DNA from: a virus
Lineage: Duplodnaviria; Caudoviricetes
Strand: one strand, 5' to 3'
IMG/VR virus record: IMGVR_UViG_3300017909_004705
DNA length: 64,000 nt
In this document: one piece after another, positions 27,494 to 36,913 of the stretch
How the letters are laid out: the number at the start of each line of letters is the position of its first letter
How positions within the stretch are numbered: position 1 is the stretch's first letter
Notes under the pieces: model-generated
Told to the model about the DNA's origin: nothing
What the model saw: the letters and a program-made list of their open reading frames with translations, nothing else
The model's database searches: none
Made by a program: the position numbers and the translations under genes

Positions 27494-28383
27494 AAAAAAA
27501 ATATTACTATAGTGAGATATTTCACAGCATACAAGGTGAGGGGCACTATACAGGAACACCAACTGCTTGGATAAGATTTTTCCTGTGTAATTTGCAGTGT
27601 AATGGATTTGGGCAGAAGGACCCAACTGACCCAAGCACGTATGAGTTGCCTTTTCAGGATTTCGATGTTGATAGTGTCAAACGTGTCGAGGACTTGCCTG
27701 TATGGGAAAAAGGTTGTGATAGTTCATACACATGGGCGAAGAAATTTAAGAAGTTGATGGGACACGAGACGCCGACTGTGTTGGCTGACAAGATTGTAAA
27801 TGTGCTGAAAACAGATACAAACATGAATGGTCTATTCCTCCATCCGAACTCAAGACAACACCAGCATCTGTGCTTTACAGGAGGTGAGCCGTTGATGATA
27901 ACAGGTCAGGCCGCAAGTGTAGGCATATACAGGGCATTAGAGAAGAAAGCAAACTTGCCTAGCTCTATGACATTTGAAACTAACGGCACACAAAAACTGA
28001 CTGAACCATTCAAGAAATGGGTAAAAGAGATTCCAGAAGAAATATTTTTCAGTGTTAGTCCAAAACTGTTCACAGTGTCTGGCGAGAAAACAGAAAAAGC
28101 GATCAAGCCAGCCAACGTAAGAGAGTATGCCGATTGTTCAGATAGAGGACAGTTGAAATTTGTGGTTGGTTCCTCAAGAAGAGAGTGGGAAGAACTTGAA
28201 AACACAGTTAGAAAATTTAGAGATGCAGGAGTGGATTGGCCTGTGTGGATAATGCCAACAGGAGCAAGAGAGGAGGAACAAACAGATACCGCTGGTAAAG
28301 TTGCAGAAGAGGCCTTTAAGAGAGGGTACAACGTTTCTGCAAGAGTACACGTGTATCTTTTTGGTAATGCAATCGGAACATAA
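27484..28383 (+). CDS. queE: 7-carboxy-7-deazaguanine synthase (radical SAM)
   Basis: YSEIFHSIQGEG, RFFLCNLQC...GCDS, TGGEP, FETNGT, SVSPKL and RVHVYLFGN motifs. Confidence 0.88.
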   Translation: MEVEKKYYYSEIFHSIQGEGHYTGTPTAWIRFFLCNLQCNGFGQKDPTDPSTYELPFQDFDVDSVKRVEDLPVWEKGCDSSYTWAKKFKKLMGHETPTVLADKIVNVLKTDTNMNGLFLHPNSRQHQHLCFTGGEPLMITGQAASVGIYRALEKKANLPSSMTFETNGTQKLTEPFKKWVKEIPEEIFFSVSPKLFTVSGEKTEKAIKPANVREYADCSDRGQLKFVVGSSRREWEELENTVRKFRDAGVDWPVWIMPTGAREEEQTDTAGKVAEEAFKRGYNVSARVHVYLFGNAIGT

Positions 28384-28386
28384 AAG

Positions 28387-28415
28387 TAGACTAATTAATA
28401 AAAATAAGGTATAAT
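28387..28415 (+). promoter_or_regulatory. Sigma70-type promoter
   Basis: TAGACT-N17-TATAAT, 6 nt before ATG 28422. Confidence 0.55.
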
Positions 28416-28421
28416 AGTAAT

Positions 28422-28751
28422 ATGAAGGTAAAGAAAACAGCAAAAAGCACACTGAAGAAGAAAACAACCAAGAAGGCATCTAAGAAAAGCGAAGAGCCCA
28501 TGGTCAAAGTACTGAACTTGAACGTGAATCCTGAGAATCCAAGAAATGGTTTCTTTGAACTTGATTGGAATGACGAATTTGTGAACATGTTACAACAGTC
28601 AGGATACCAAGGAGAGTCAGAAGAAGAGATTGTTGATAGATGGTTCCAAACACTTTGCAGAACGATCGGAAACGAGCAGGGCATAGACGTCACTGGATCT
28701 GGTTACGTACAGATCAACAGAAGAGACGACGGCAAGACCGAAGTCAGTTAA
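28422..28751 (+). CDS. Conserved phage hypothetical protein
   Basis: NPRNGFFELDWNDEFV..GYQG..EEEIVDRWF. Confidence 0.65.
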   Translation: MKVKKTAKSTLKKKTTKKASKKSEEPMVKVLNLNVNPENPRNGFFELDWNDEFVNMLQQSGYQGESEEEIVDRWFQTLCRTIGNEQGIDVTGSGYVQINRRDDGKTEVS

Positions 28752-28786
28752 TATCCTCCCAAATTTTCAACTATTAAATATTGTTG

Positions 28787-29827
28787 ATGTATAGCCTAGA
28801 TACCTTAAGTGAAATCAATTTTGAACTGAGCAGTCATTGTAATTCAAAATGCTCCCAGTGTCCAAGATACGACATGAAGGGATATGTCCGATCAGATTTA
28901 AATGTAACACACCTAGAGTTAGATATAATAGAAAATCTTCCCATTAACCAAATGAAGTCACTAAAAACAGTTTCTTTCTGTGGCAATTTTGGTGATCCTT
29001 TGATGCACCCACAACTGGATAAAATAATTGATTGTTTTCCTGAACAAAATATTTCAATAAGCACAAATGCATCTTTAAGAAATACAGAATGGTGGAGTAG
29101 TTTAGGAGCAATGAAAAATGTTACTGTGACTTTCTGCATAGATGGAATAGGAAAAGAGCATGAGATGTATCGACGCAATACCTCTTATGAAAAAATAATA
29201 AAAAACGCAGAGGCGTACATCAGATCTGGTGGCGAAGCAACATGGCAATTCATTCTTTTCAAACATAACGAACATCAGACACAGGAAGCAAAAAAAATAA
29301 GCAAGGAAATGGGATTTAAAAAAATTTCATTTTTATATTCCGATAGGTTCGACACACAAGACACATGGCAGGTATATGACGAGGGAGAATATCTTTATGA
29401 TCTAGAAAAATCTTCCCAACAAATTACCATGCGAGATGCTCTTGGGTCCGAAGTTGGTGAAAAGTACTGGAAGAATTTGTACAAAGGCAAAAAAGAAATA
29501 TCTTGCTATTGGAAACAGGAAAAAAAACTTTACATACATAGTGACGGTACAGTGTACCCTTGTTGTATGTTGGGCACTATAAATGCTGGTAAAAATATTG
29601 AAAAAGTACTTTTGAAGAAAATAGTGAAGGATTATCAAAATATTGATCTACATCACAACAGTCTGCAAGATGTATTACAATCAGACGTATTTCTCAAGGC
29701 ATTACCGGCTAGTTTCGGCGGTGATCCATTTTCCCACCCGATTTGTATAGAACACTGCAATAAGGCCACCGGTAAGTATGCGTTGGAAGGATTGAGTAGA
29801 GTCAATACAGATAGACAGTTCACATGA
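28787..29827 (+). CDS. Radical SAM / SPASM-twitch protein
   Basis: CNSKCSQC, CGNFGDP, STN and IDG motifs; C-terminal DGTVYPCC..CIEHC. Confidence 0.85.
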   Translation: MYSLDTLSEINFELSSHCNSKCSQCPRYDMKGYVRSDLNVTHLELDIIENLPINQMKSLKTVSFCGNFGDPLMHPQLDKIIDCFPEQNISISTNASLRNTEWWSSLGAMKNVTVTFCIDGIGKEHEMYRRNTSYEKIIKNAEAYIRSGGEATWQFILFKHNEHQTQEAKKISKEMGFKKISFLYSDRFDTQDTWQVYDEGEYLYDLEKSSQQITMRDALGSEVGEKYWKNLYKGKKEISCYWKQEKKLYIHSDGTVYPCCMLGTINAGKNIEKVLLKKIVKDYQNIDLHHNSLQDVLQSDVFLKALPASFGGDPFSHPICIEHCNKATGKYALEGLSRVNTDRQFT

Positions 29828-29840
29828 TTTGTGCTATAAT
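29812..29840 (+). promoter_or_regulatory. Sigma70-type promoter
   Basis: TAGACA-N17-TATAAT with a TG extension, 6 nt before ATG 29847. Confidence 0.65.
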
Positions 29841-29846
29841 GTACAC

Positions 29847-30833
29847 ATGGCCCACATATTAGTAGACACAGCAAACACATTCTTTAGAGCAAGGCACGTT
29901 ATCAGAGGAGATACGTCCGAAAAGGTGGGCATGGCCATACACATAATGATGAATTCGATTAAGAAAGCATGGCAAGATTTTGAAGGCGAACACCTTGTAT
30001 TTTGTTTGGAGGGCAGGTCTTGGCGTAAAGATCATTACGCACCATACAAAAGAAATAGAAAAGAAATGGCAGACGCAATGACCGAAAAAGAGAAAGAAGA
30101 GAACGAAGTTTTCTGGGAGTGCTATGACGATTTCTGTGATTTTATCAAAACGAAGACAAACGCAACTGTGCTTAGAAACGCAAGGACAGAAGCAGATGAC
30201 TTAATTGCAAGATGGATTGACAAACATCCTAACATGGACCATGTCATAATCAGTACAGATAAAGATCTTAATCAACTAGTGGCGAAAAATGTAAAACAGT
30301 ACAACGGTGTAACCGAAACGACTCTTACTAACGAAGGATGGTTTGACAGCAAGGGCAAACCTGTCATAGATAAAAAATTAAAAGCACCAAAACCGGCGCC
30401 GGACACAGAATGGATTGTGTTTGAAAAGGCGATGAGAGGTGATCCAAGTGATAACATTTTCAGTGCGTATCCAGGAGTAAGAACAAAAGGCACCAAAAAC
30501 AAAATAGGATTACAAGAAGCATTTGCTGATAGAAAAGAAAAAGGCTACACATGGAACAATTTAATGTTGACCAAATGGGTTGACCACGACGGAAATGAAC
30601 ACAGGGTCATGGAAGACTATGAGAGAAACAGATTGTTAGTTGATTTACATGCACAACCAGAAGCAATAATTGAGGAAATGGATCAAACTATTGCACAGGC
30701 CAAATCGGAAAACAAAAGTATAGATCAAGTCGGAATCAGATTCATGAGGTTCTGTGGCAAATATGATTTAAATAGAATTAGTGAGCAGGCACAACTTTAT
30801 GTTGAGCCATTTAATGCGAGGTTACAAGCATGA
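29847..30833 (+). CDS. rnh: T4-type RNase H / 5'-3' exonuclease
   Basis: LVDTAN, SWRK..Y..YKRNR, EADDLI, ISTDKDLNQL and GDPSDNI motifs. Confidence 0.88.
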   Translation: MAHILVDTANTFFRARHVIRGDTSEKVGMAIHIMMNSIKKAWQDFEGEHLVFCLEGRSWRKDHYAPYKRNRKEMADAMTEKEKEENEVFWECYDDFCDFIKTKTNATVLRNARTEADDLIARWIDKHPNMDHVIISTDKDLNQLVAKNVKQYNGVTETTLTNEGWFDSKGKPVIDKKLKAPKPAPDTEWIVFEKAMRGDPSDNIFSAYPGVRTKGTKNKIGLQEAFADRKEKGYTWNNLMLTKWVDHDGNEHRVMEDYERNRLLVDLHAQPEAIIEEMDQTIAQAKSENKSIDQVGIRFMRFCGKYDLNRISEQAQLYVEPFNARLQA

Positions 30834-31333
30834 CAGTACGGGCAAAGACATTAGTAAAAGATAAATTCTGGATTGTTGAGCAGGATGGTCATAAATTAGG
30901 CACCCTACAAAAACAACAGGACAATGGTTGGATCTTTCTGAGTAAAAAAGATAAGAGAGAAGTGTTTCACACTCAGGAAAGTTTGTTCACTAAATTTGGA
31001 ATAGAAATGTTTGACGCTACAAACATCAAAAAACCAGAGGAAGAAATACAAACAGACAACTTTGATGTGCATGGTTATCCTTGTAGTCAACACCCTTACA
31101 ATCCAATGTTCGATGTGCAAAAGCAACTTCCAGTTTATACTAAGACTCCAAAAAGCAAAAGCCAATTTTGTGCAGGTTATTACATAATCTGTTTTGAAAA
31201 GGGCTGGAGAAAAGCGTATTGTCCAAAAATGATCACACTTTCCAGGTACAAGTACAAAGGTCCTATGAAAACAAAAATAGAAATGCAACAGGTATTAAAC
31301 AATGCAGTCAAAGAATTCCAAGATTCAAACTAG
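30830..31333 (+). CDS. Conserved phage hypothetical protein
   Basis: KFWIVE..YTKTPKSKSQFCAGYY..CPKMITL.RY.Y.GP. Confidence 0.65.
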   Translation: MTVRAKTLVKDKFWIVEQDGHKLGTLQKQQDNGWIFLSKKDKREVFHTQESLFTKFGIEMFDATNIKKPEEEIQTDNFDVHGYPCSQHPYNPMFDVQKQLPVYTKTPKSKSQFCAGYYIICFEKGWRKAYCPKMITLSRYKYKGPMKTKIEMQQVLNNAVKEFQDSN

Positions 31334-31556
31334 GCCGATAGAAGATCTCATAGGTCGTATAAGAACATTGCGGCAGAAAGGTGAAAGACAGATAGTCTTG
31401 CAGGCCAAAGAAGCCGACCAACTTGCTGACTCCTTGACGCAAGTCATGACTAGAATGGTGACCATACAAGAAGAGATTATCGAAGCACTCAAAACCGCCA
31501 AAGAGGCCCAGACTGTAAACATAGAAATGGACGGCGGAGAGTTCAAGTCCAAATAA
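31302..31556 (+). CDS. Hypothetical protein
   Basis: Helical; C-terminal EMDGGEF. Confidence 0.55.
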   Translation: MQSKNSKIQTRPIEDLIGRIRTLRQKGERQIVLQAKEADQLADSLTQVMTRMVTIQEEIIEALKTAKEAQTVNIEMDGGEFKSK

Positions 31557-31600
31557 CACAACACAATTTTTGGTAAATATAGTTGTATAGTTTTACAATT

Positions 31601-31888
31601 ATGAGCAGACCAAAACCCACAGTGTTATTACAACACAGCAATAAAAGTACCTACAAAATGGACGAGGTCCTAGCGGCCGAGGGCATTTGGGCAGTGTTCT
31701 ACGAAGGCAAACCAATCAATTTGAAATCTTCAAGTTTGGTTGCAAACTATCCAGGACCAAAATACAAGAAAGTGTCATTCTCCAACCCAGGACACGCGGA
31801 AAATTTAGCCAAGAAATTGAACGCACAACACAACACTGACAAGTTTGGCGTGTACCTTTTGAAGACCGGCGAAAAATTCAGTAGATAA
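31601..31888 (+). CDS. Conserved phage hypothetical protein
   Basis: MSRPKPTVLL..GPKYKKVSFSNPGHA; TAAATA at 31574. Confidence 0.65.
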   Translation: MSRPKPTVLLQHSNKSTYKMDEVLAAEGIWAVFYEGKPINLKSSSLVANYPGPKYKKVSFSNPGHAENLAKKLNAQHNTDKFGVYLLKTGEKFSR

Positions 31889-31899
31889 TTAACATTACA

Positions 31900-32295
31900 A
31901 TGGATCGTAAAACAGCCTACACTCGAACCTTCATGGAACTGTTGGAGCAACCAATACATGATGAGACCATCAAGAACAACTACTACGCATGGTGGCAGAA
32001 TGTACGTGAAAGTTATCAGGCAAGATCATTACGACTTACCAAACAAGGTCTGGCCATGTTGGAAAAGATTGATCTCAAAACCTACGACATCAAGTTTCCT
32101 GCAAAAGTCATATTCACACCACAGACATACCTATGGTTGGATGAATTTGTTGACTGTCCTTACTTTGTAGACAAGCAAAAAATCATAGTGACCATGGAAA
32201 AAATGGCATTACAACTCATGTTATTTGCTGGAGATATCACAAAATACGGGTTGGCCAGGGCTATGAGCAAAATGGACGAGCAAAAAAGCCAATAA
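31900..32295 (+). CDS. Conserved phage hypothetical protein
   Basis: WWQN.R...SLRLTKQG..LD.FVDCPYF. Confidence 0.6.
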   Translation: MDRKTAYTRTFMELLEQPIHDETIKNNYYAWWQNVRESYQARSLRLTKQGLAMLEKIDLKTYDIKFPAKVIFTPQTYLWLDEFVDCPYFVDKQKIIVTMEKMALQLMLFAGDITKYGLARAMSKMDEQKSQ

Positions 32296-32325
32296 AACTG
32301 CGACTTTTTGCATAGATTTACCAGG

Positions 32326-32353
32326 TTGACGTACAACACAATTCTGCTATAAT
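32326..32353 (+). promoter_or_regulatory. Sigma70-type promoter
   Basis: TTGACG-N16-TATAAT with a TG extension; CAGGAG RBS downstream. Confidence 0.6.
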
Positions 32354-32387
32354 GGTATTATAAACATTTTAAACAGGAGTGTACAAA

Positions 32388-33491
32388 ATGCCAAGAGCAA
32401 AAAACAAAGAAGCCGCAGTAGGCTCACAAAACAGAACAGTTTCACCCAACGAGGCGAAATCCGCACTGACACATTGTATCAAATTACAAAGACCAATAAT
32501 GATGTGGGGTGCGCCAGGTATTGGTAAATCCGATATTGTTAAACAAATTGCAGACCAAGAAGGCAGAGAAGTAATTGATATTAGACTGCCTTTGTGGGAA
32601 CCAACAGATATCAAAGGTATTCCGTATTACAACTCAAAAGAAAACAACATGGTTTGGGCAAGTCCGGCAGAGTTGCCAACTGATCCAAAGTCTAATGCTA
32701 TTGTTTTCTTGGACGAGCTAAACTCGGCGGCGCCGGCAGTACAGGCGGCGGCATACCAACTTATTCTAAACAGAAGAGTAGGACAATATCACCTGCCAGA
32801 AGGCGTTTCAATTGTGGCGGCTGGTAATAGAGACAGTGACAAAGGTGTCACTTACAGGATGCCTGCTCCGTTGGCAAACAGATTTGTCCACATCGAATTG
32901 AGAGTGGACTTCGAAGACTGGCTACAGTGGGCTACAGACCAACACATACACGCAGATGTCGTTGGTTATTGCACATTCGCTAAACAAGATTTATACGATT
33001 TTGATCCTAGAGGTAGTTCTAGATCATTCGCAACTCCAAGATCATGGAGTTTCGTATCCCAACTTCTATCAGATGACCTGCCAGAAAGTACGCTCACTGA
33101 CCTCGTTGCAGGTTGCGTAGGAGAGGGCCTGGCCGTGAAGTTTATGAATCATCGTAAAATTAGCGGTCAGTTACCTAACCCATCTGATATATTGAGCGGC
33201 AAGGTGAAAGACCTTAAGAGCAAAGAGATATCGGCTATGTACTCTTTGACAGTTTCTTTGTGCTATGAATTACAACAGGCACACGAGAAGAAAGATAAAA
33301 CTTGGAATGAACAAGCGGACAGGTTCTTTAACTACATGATGGACAACTTCGAGACAGAGTTGGTTGTTATGGGTGCAAAGATTGCCTTGACAAACTACAA
33401 ACTTCCGTTCGATCCTAGCAAGTTAAAATCATTTGATAGGTTCCATAAGAAGTTTGGCAAGTATGTCATAACTGCTATGGAGTCTAAATAG
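32388..33491 (+). CDS. MoxR-like AAA+ ATPase
   Basis: Walker A GAPGIGKS, Walker B FLDELN, AAGNR and PLANRF. Confidence 0.9.
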   Translation: MPRAKNKEAAVGSQNRTVSPNEAKSALTHCIKLQRPIMMWGAPGIGKSDIVKQIADQEGREVIDIRLPLWEPTDIKGIPYYNSKENNMVWASPAELPTDPKSNAIVFLDELNSAAPAVQAAAYQLILNRRVGQYHLPEGVSIVAAGNRDSDKGVTYRMPAPLANRFVHIELRVDFEDWLQWATDQHIHADVVGYCTFAKQDLYDFDPRGSSRSFATPRSWSFVSQLLSDDLPESTLTDLVAGCVGEGLAVKFMNHRKISGQLPNPSDILSGKVKDLKSKEISAMYSLTVSLCYELQQAHEKKDKTWNEQADRFFNYMMDNFETELVVMGAKIALTNYKLPFDPSKLKSFDRFHKKFGKYVITAMESK

Positions 33492-34729
33492 TGGATTACA
33501 GAGAACAGAAAATCATAGACAAACTAGTGACGGCAAGGATTGCCTTACTATTAAAGCATCCTTTCTTTGGCAACCTTGCAACTAGATTGAAACTTGTGAA
33601 CGCAGATGACTGGTGTCCCACTGCAGGTACAGATGGCAGACATTTCTATTACAATACAAAGTTCATAGATTCTCTTACACCCAAAGAAGCAGAGTTCTTG
33701 TTTGGACATGAGGTGTTGCACAATGTATTTGAACATATGCTCGTAAGGATAGGAGACAGAGATCCACAACTTTGGAACATAGCGGCGGACTATGCCGTTA
33801 ACCAGATACTGAAAGATTCCAACATCGGCGAAATGCCCAAAGGCAAAAAAGGTGAGAACAAAGGATTCCAAGATGACAAGTACAAGGATTGGGCATCAGA
33901 AAGAATCTATGATGACTTGTTCAAAACTTCAAAGAAGAACGGCAAGAAGTTTTTGGAGAAGATGGGTGAGCTTATGGACGATCACCAAGAGTGGGGCAAA
34001 GGTGATGGTGGAGGTGAAGGCAAGAGTAAAGATAAAAAAGGTGGCAAGAGTGGCAAGCCTGTGTATACTAAAGAAGAACTTAAAAAGATCAGAGACGAAG
34101 TAAAGGAGGCAATGGTAAGTGCCGCACAATCAACAGGCGCAAGTAATTTGCCAGGTGCTTTACAAAGACTTGTAAAGGATCTGACAGAGCCTAAGATGGA
34201 CTGGAGAGAAATACTTCAGCAACAGATAATGAGCACACTGAAATCGGACTATACTTGGATGAGACCAAGCAGAAAAAGTTGGCACACATCAGCAATACTT
34301 CCAGGACAAAACAATGATGAGATGATTGATATATGTTTGGCTTTAGATGCCAGTGGTAGTATTAGTAACGATCAATGTAAAGAATTTTTGACAGAGGTAA
34401 AAAACATAATGGATCAATACAAAGATTTCAGAATACACTTATGGAGTTTTGATACCGCAGTATTCAATCCAAAAGTTTTTACTCCTGACAACGCAGATGA
34501 ACTATTAGACTACAAACTAGGATCAGGTGGTGGAACAGAATTTGAATGTAATTGGGAGTACATGAAAGAACAAGGAATAGAACCGAAAAAATTTGTAATG
34601 TTCACAGATGGTTGGCCTTTTAATTCGTGGGGAGATGAACACTACTGTGACACAATATTTTTAATCAACAATCCTTACGAGAGGGACATCGAAGCACCAT
34701 GGGGACTAACGGTACAATACAATGACTAA
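33491..34729 (+). CDS. Metallopeptidase-VWA protein (DUF2201-like), MoxR partner
   Basis: TAGTDG, HEVLH, WNIAADY, DASGSI MIDAS motif, GGGTEF and FTDG. Confidence 0.88.
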   Translation: MDYREQKIIDKLVTARIALLLKHPFFGNLATRLKLVNADDWCPTAGTDGRHFYYNTKFIDSLTPKEAEFLFGHEVLHNVFEHMLVRIGDRDPQLWNIAADYAVNQILKDSNIGEMPKGKKGENKGFQDDKYKDWASERIYDDLFKTSKKNGKKFLEKMGELMDDHQEWGKGDGGGEGKSKDKKGGKSGKPVYTKEELKKIRDEVKEAMVSAAQSTGASNLPGALQRLVKDLTEPKMDWREILQQQIMSTLKSDYTWMRPSRKSWHTSAILPGQNNDEMIDICLALDASGSISNDQCKEFLTEVKNIMDQYKDFRIHLWSFDTAVFNPKVFTPDNADELLDYKLGSGGGTEFECNWEYMKEQGIEPKKFVMFTDGWPFNSWGDEHYCDTIFLINNPYERDIEAPWGLTVQYND

Positions 34730-34808
34730 TGATACAAAAATATTATACATATCAACTGCTATATTTGTTTTAGTTATAGTTGTTGCCACTGTGAGGTATT
34801 ATGCTTAA
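34722..34808 (+). CDS. Tiny membrane peptide (28 aa)
   Basis: MTNDTKILYISTAIFVLVIVVATVRYYA*. Confidence 0.35.
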   Translation: MTNDTKILYISTAIFVLVIVVATVRYYA

Positions 34809-34911
34809 TATGATATGGGCAATGATTAAGGATTGGTTAGAGAATCCTATAACCGTAGGAATAGGAATAATGCTATTAACACTTTTGATTTTTGAGATAG
34901 GAATAGGATAA
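34801..34911 (+). CDS. Tiny membrane peptide (36 aa)
   Basis: MLNMIWAMIKDWLENPITVGIGIMLLTLLIFEIGIG*; coupled to the next ATG. Confidence 0.4.
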   Translation: MLNMIWAMIKDWLENPITVGIGIMLLTLLIFEIGIG

Positions 34912-35270
34912 TGGAAACTAGAGAAAAATGGTACTCAGGATCGATGATAAAAGTAAAGTGTTTTCGAAACTGGATGATCGACACGGCAACAGTCTTATTT
35001 GATGACAACAACAACGACCTACGAGCATTACCTAAAACCGTAAGGCTACAAATATTAGTGGTTTTAAGTTTTGTTTGGAGCACCGTGTTCACTGTTTATT
35101 TTTTCTCTATGTCTACTATGCTATGGGGTTGGGTAGGACTGGTCCTTGGACATCTTGGAATAATTTTTGCAGTCTATTACACTTTCAAACAGTTTCACAA
35201 TGCGGCTCATAAAATGGAACCTGATCCAAATGATCCACCATTGTATGACGATGTATGGTATGGCTCATGA
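34911..35270 (+). CDS. 2-TM membrane protein
   Basis: NDLRALP..VRLQILVVLSFVWS..F; GHLGIIFAVYYTF. Confidence 0.6.
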   Translation: METREKWYSGSMIKVKCFRNWMIDTATVLFDDNNNDLRALPKTVRLQILVVLSFVWSTVFTVYFFSMSTMLWGWVGLVLGHLGIIFAVYYTFKQFHNAAHKMEPDPNDPPLYDDVWYGS

Positions 35271-35455
35271 GCAAGTACGTTGTTTTTATAATGATGGTGG
35301 TAGTGTTGGCTATGTTCTGGAAAGGCATAGAAGTGCTTGGACCAAGCAACACCAACAAGGATATATTGTATGAAGGACCAAAAAAATCCGTTAAAGAAAG
35401 ATGGGACGCGGCATATGAATGGATGAAGGAGAAACGTGAAGATAAATCCAAATAA
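35267..35455 (+). CDS. Small membrane-anchored protein
   Basis: N-terminal hydrophobic helix. Confidence 0.5.
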   Translation: MSKYVVFIMMVVVLAMFWKGIEVLGPSNTNKDILYEGPKKSVKERWDAAYEWMKEKREDKSK

Positions 35456-35702
35456 TTTTTTCAAAAGAGAACTTGATATATTACCACCACACTTTGTAAA
35501 CACAGTTGTAAAGGCCCATGAGTCAGACATAGAACACATGAGAAAATGGATCTATGAAAACTGTCATGGTAGATACTCAATTACCAAAGATGTTATATAC
35601 GAAGGTGACCAATCAAGGTCAATCACAGTGATTGGTTTTGAAAATCCAGGTGACCTGACCCTTTTCGCTCTAAGTGGTAAAGCTCAGATAAATCAAATCT
35701 AA
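35436..35702 (+). CDS. Conserved phage hypothetical protein
   Basis: LPPHF..WIYENCHGRY..IGFENPGDLTLF.L. Confidence 0.6.
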   Translation: MKINPNNFFKRELDILPPHFVNTVVKAHESDIEHMRKWIYENCHGRYSITKDVIYEGDQSRSITVIGFENPGDLTLFALSGKAQINQI

Positions 35703-35705
35703 TCG

Positions 35706-35734
35706 TTGCACTCCATAATTAATTTTAGTATAAT
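35706..35734 (+). promoter_or_regulatory. Sigma70-type promoter with embedded TAATTA
   Basis: TTGCAC-N17-TATAAT; AGGAG RBS before ATG 35775. Confidence 0.6.
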
Positions 35735-35774
35735 ATACGTATATTAATACCAATTGCAATTAGGAGAAAATTAA

Positions 35775-36056
35775 ATGGCAAAAGAAGAAACAAAAAAGAC
35801 GGAAACTGTTGAAGCAACAAAGACGGCGACGGCCCAATCTACTGCTCCAGCACAACCTGATCCGATGGCATTATCGATTGGAGATTTGAAAGGTCTTGCA
35901 TCAATTATTGATGTGGCATCAACAAGAGGTGCTTTCAAAGCCGCCGAGATGGCAGGTGTTGGAACACTCTACAATAAACTTAACGCATTCCTAGTGAATG
36001 TAGAAAAAGGCCAACAAGCAGGTACTGACGCAAAGGCACCAGCGGAAGGAAAATAA
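35775..36056 (+). CDS. Conserved phage hypothetical protein
   Basis: LSIGDL....IIDVASTRGAFKA.EM..VG.LYNKL..FL. Confidence 0.65.
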   Translation: MAKEETKKTETVEATKTATAQSTAPAQPDPMALSIGDLKGLASIIDVASTRGAFKAAEMAGVGTLYNKLNAFLVNVEKGQQAGTDAKAPAEGK

Positions 36057-36057
36057 A

Positions 36058-36597
36058 ATGGCAACACTAATGAACGTAAACAACCAAGCCATGCCGATGG
36101 GTGACAACACCGGAGCGGCGGGTGATGGTCAGACTGGTCCAAAAAGACACTTCAAACACATTGGAGAGTTGGCGGACGAGTCAAAAGCCAAAGTGGTTAT
36201 CATGTATAGAACAGTGCCAGGTGAACCGAACAACTGTTTGGTTGTTGGTACCAAGTTCTTACCTGACGTGTACCACAATGGTTTGATGTCTGCTGTGGAA
36301 TCAGAAGGCGGACAACAGGCAGAAGAATTTGCCGACTATGCCGGTAGACAGACATTCGCTGACGGCACAAATATGTTGGCAATGCTTCATAATGACAATT
36401 ATATCAAAAAATTTAAAACAAATGAAATAATGGTCACTTATGGATCAGGCCCAGACGGAAGAATCTTGTTGAATAAACTTAACGAGATGATTGCAAAAGA
36501 AAAAGGCGTCAAAGTCTCGGACCTTGGACAAAAGGATCCAGACGCTAAAGACGATACTAAAAAAGCGGATGCCAAAAAGACAACCGCCAAAAAATAG
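36058..36597 (+). CDS. Conserved phage hypothetical protein
   Basis: FKHIG..YRTVPGEPNNCLVV..ES..GQQA.EFAD. Confidence 0.65.
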   Translation: MATLMNVNNQAMPMGDNTGAAGDGQTGPKRHFKHIGELADESKAKVVIMYRTVPGEPNNCLVVGTKFLPDVYHNGLMSAVESEGGQQAEEFADYAGRQTFADGTNMLAMLHNDNYIKKFKTNEIMVTYGSGPDGRILLNKLNEMIAKEKGVKVSDLGQKDPDAKDDTKKADAKKTTAKK

Positions 36598-36913
36598 CAC
36601 TTGGGTACAGCTCACACGAGATTTCGTTAGAGAGTGGCCGGAGGTTTTGGAAGGCTTACAATTCCAGAACATGCCGGTCAAGTACCTAGATTATATTAAT
36701 CTTAATCTAAAAAATAATGTCACAATTAGATATGACATTAAAAAAGAGTTGAAAACAAAAAAGCAAGGCATTATTGCTAGAGTTCTAAAAAAAACAATCG
36801 AAGATCATTACGTTAGAATAAAAAACGTTGATTTAAAATTTAATGTTCCAGCACTTAAATGTGATATGGAAAACAAGACAAGAAATATTTTATCAAAGAC
36901 TTTTCGAAAGTAG
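36569..36913 (+). CDS. Hypothetical protein (last + strand gene)
   Basis: EWPEVL...MPVKYL; start reassigned; overlaps the convergent gene. Confidence 0.55.
   Translation: MPKRQPPKNSTWVQLTRDFVREWPEVLEGLQFQNMPVKYLDYINLNLKNNVTIRYDIKKELKTKKQGIIARVLKKTIEDHYVRIKNVDLKFNVPALKCDMENKTRNILSKTFRK

Noticed and set aside
60-36681. Many - strand ORFs in the ORF track under the + strand block (and + strand ORFs under the - strand block)
   Set aside because: They are antisense shadows of well-supported genes, with no motifs or RBS.
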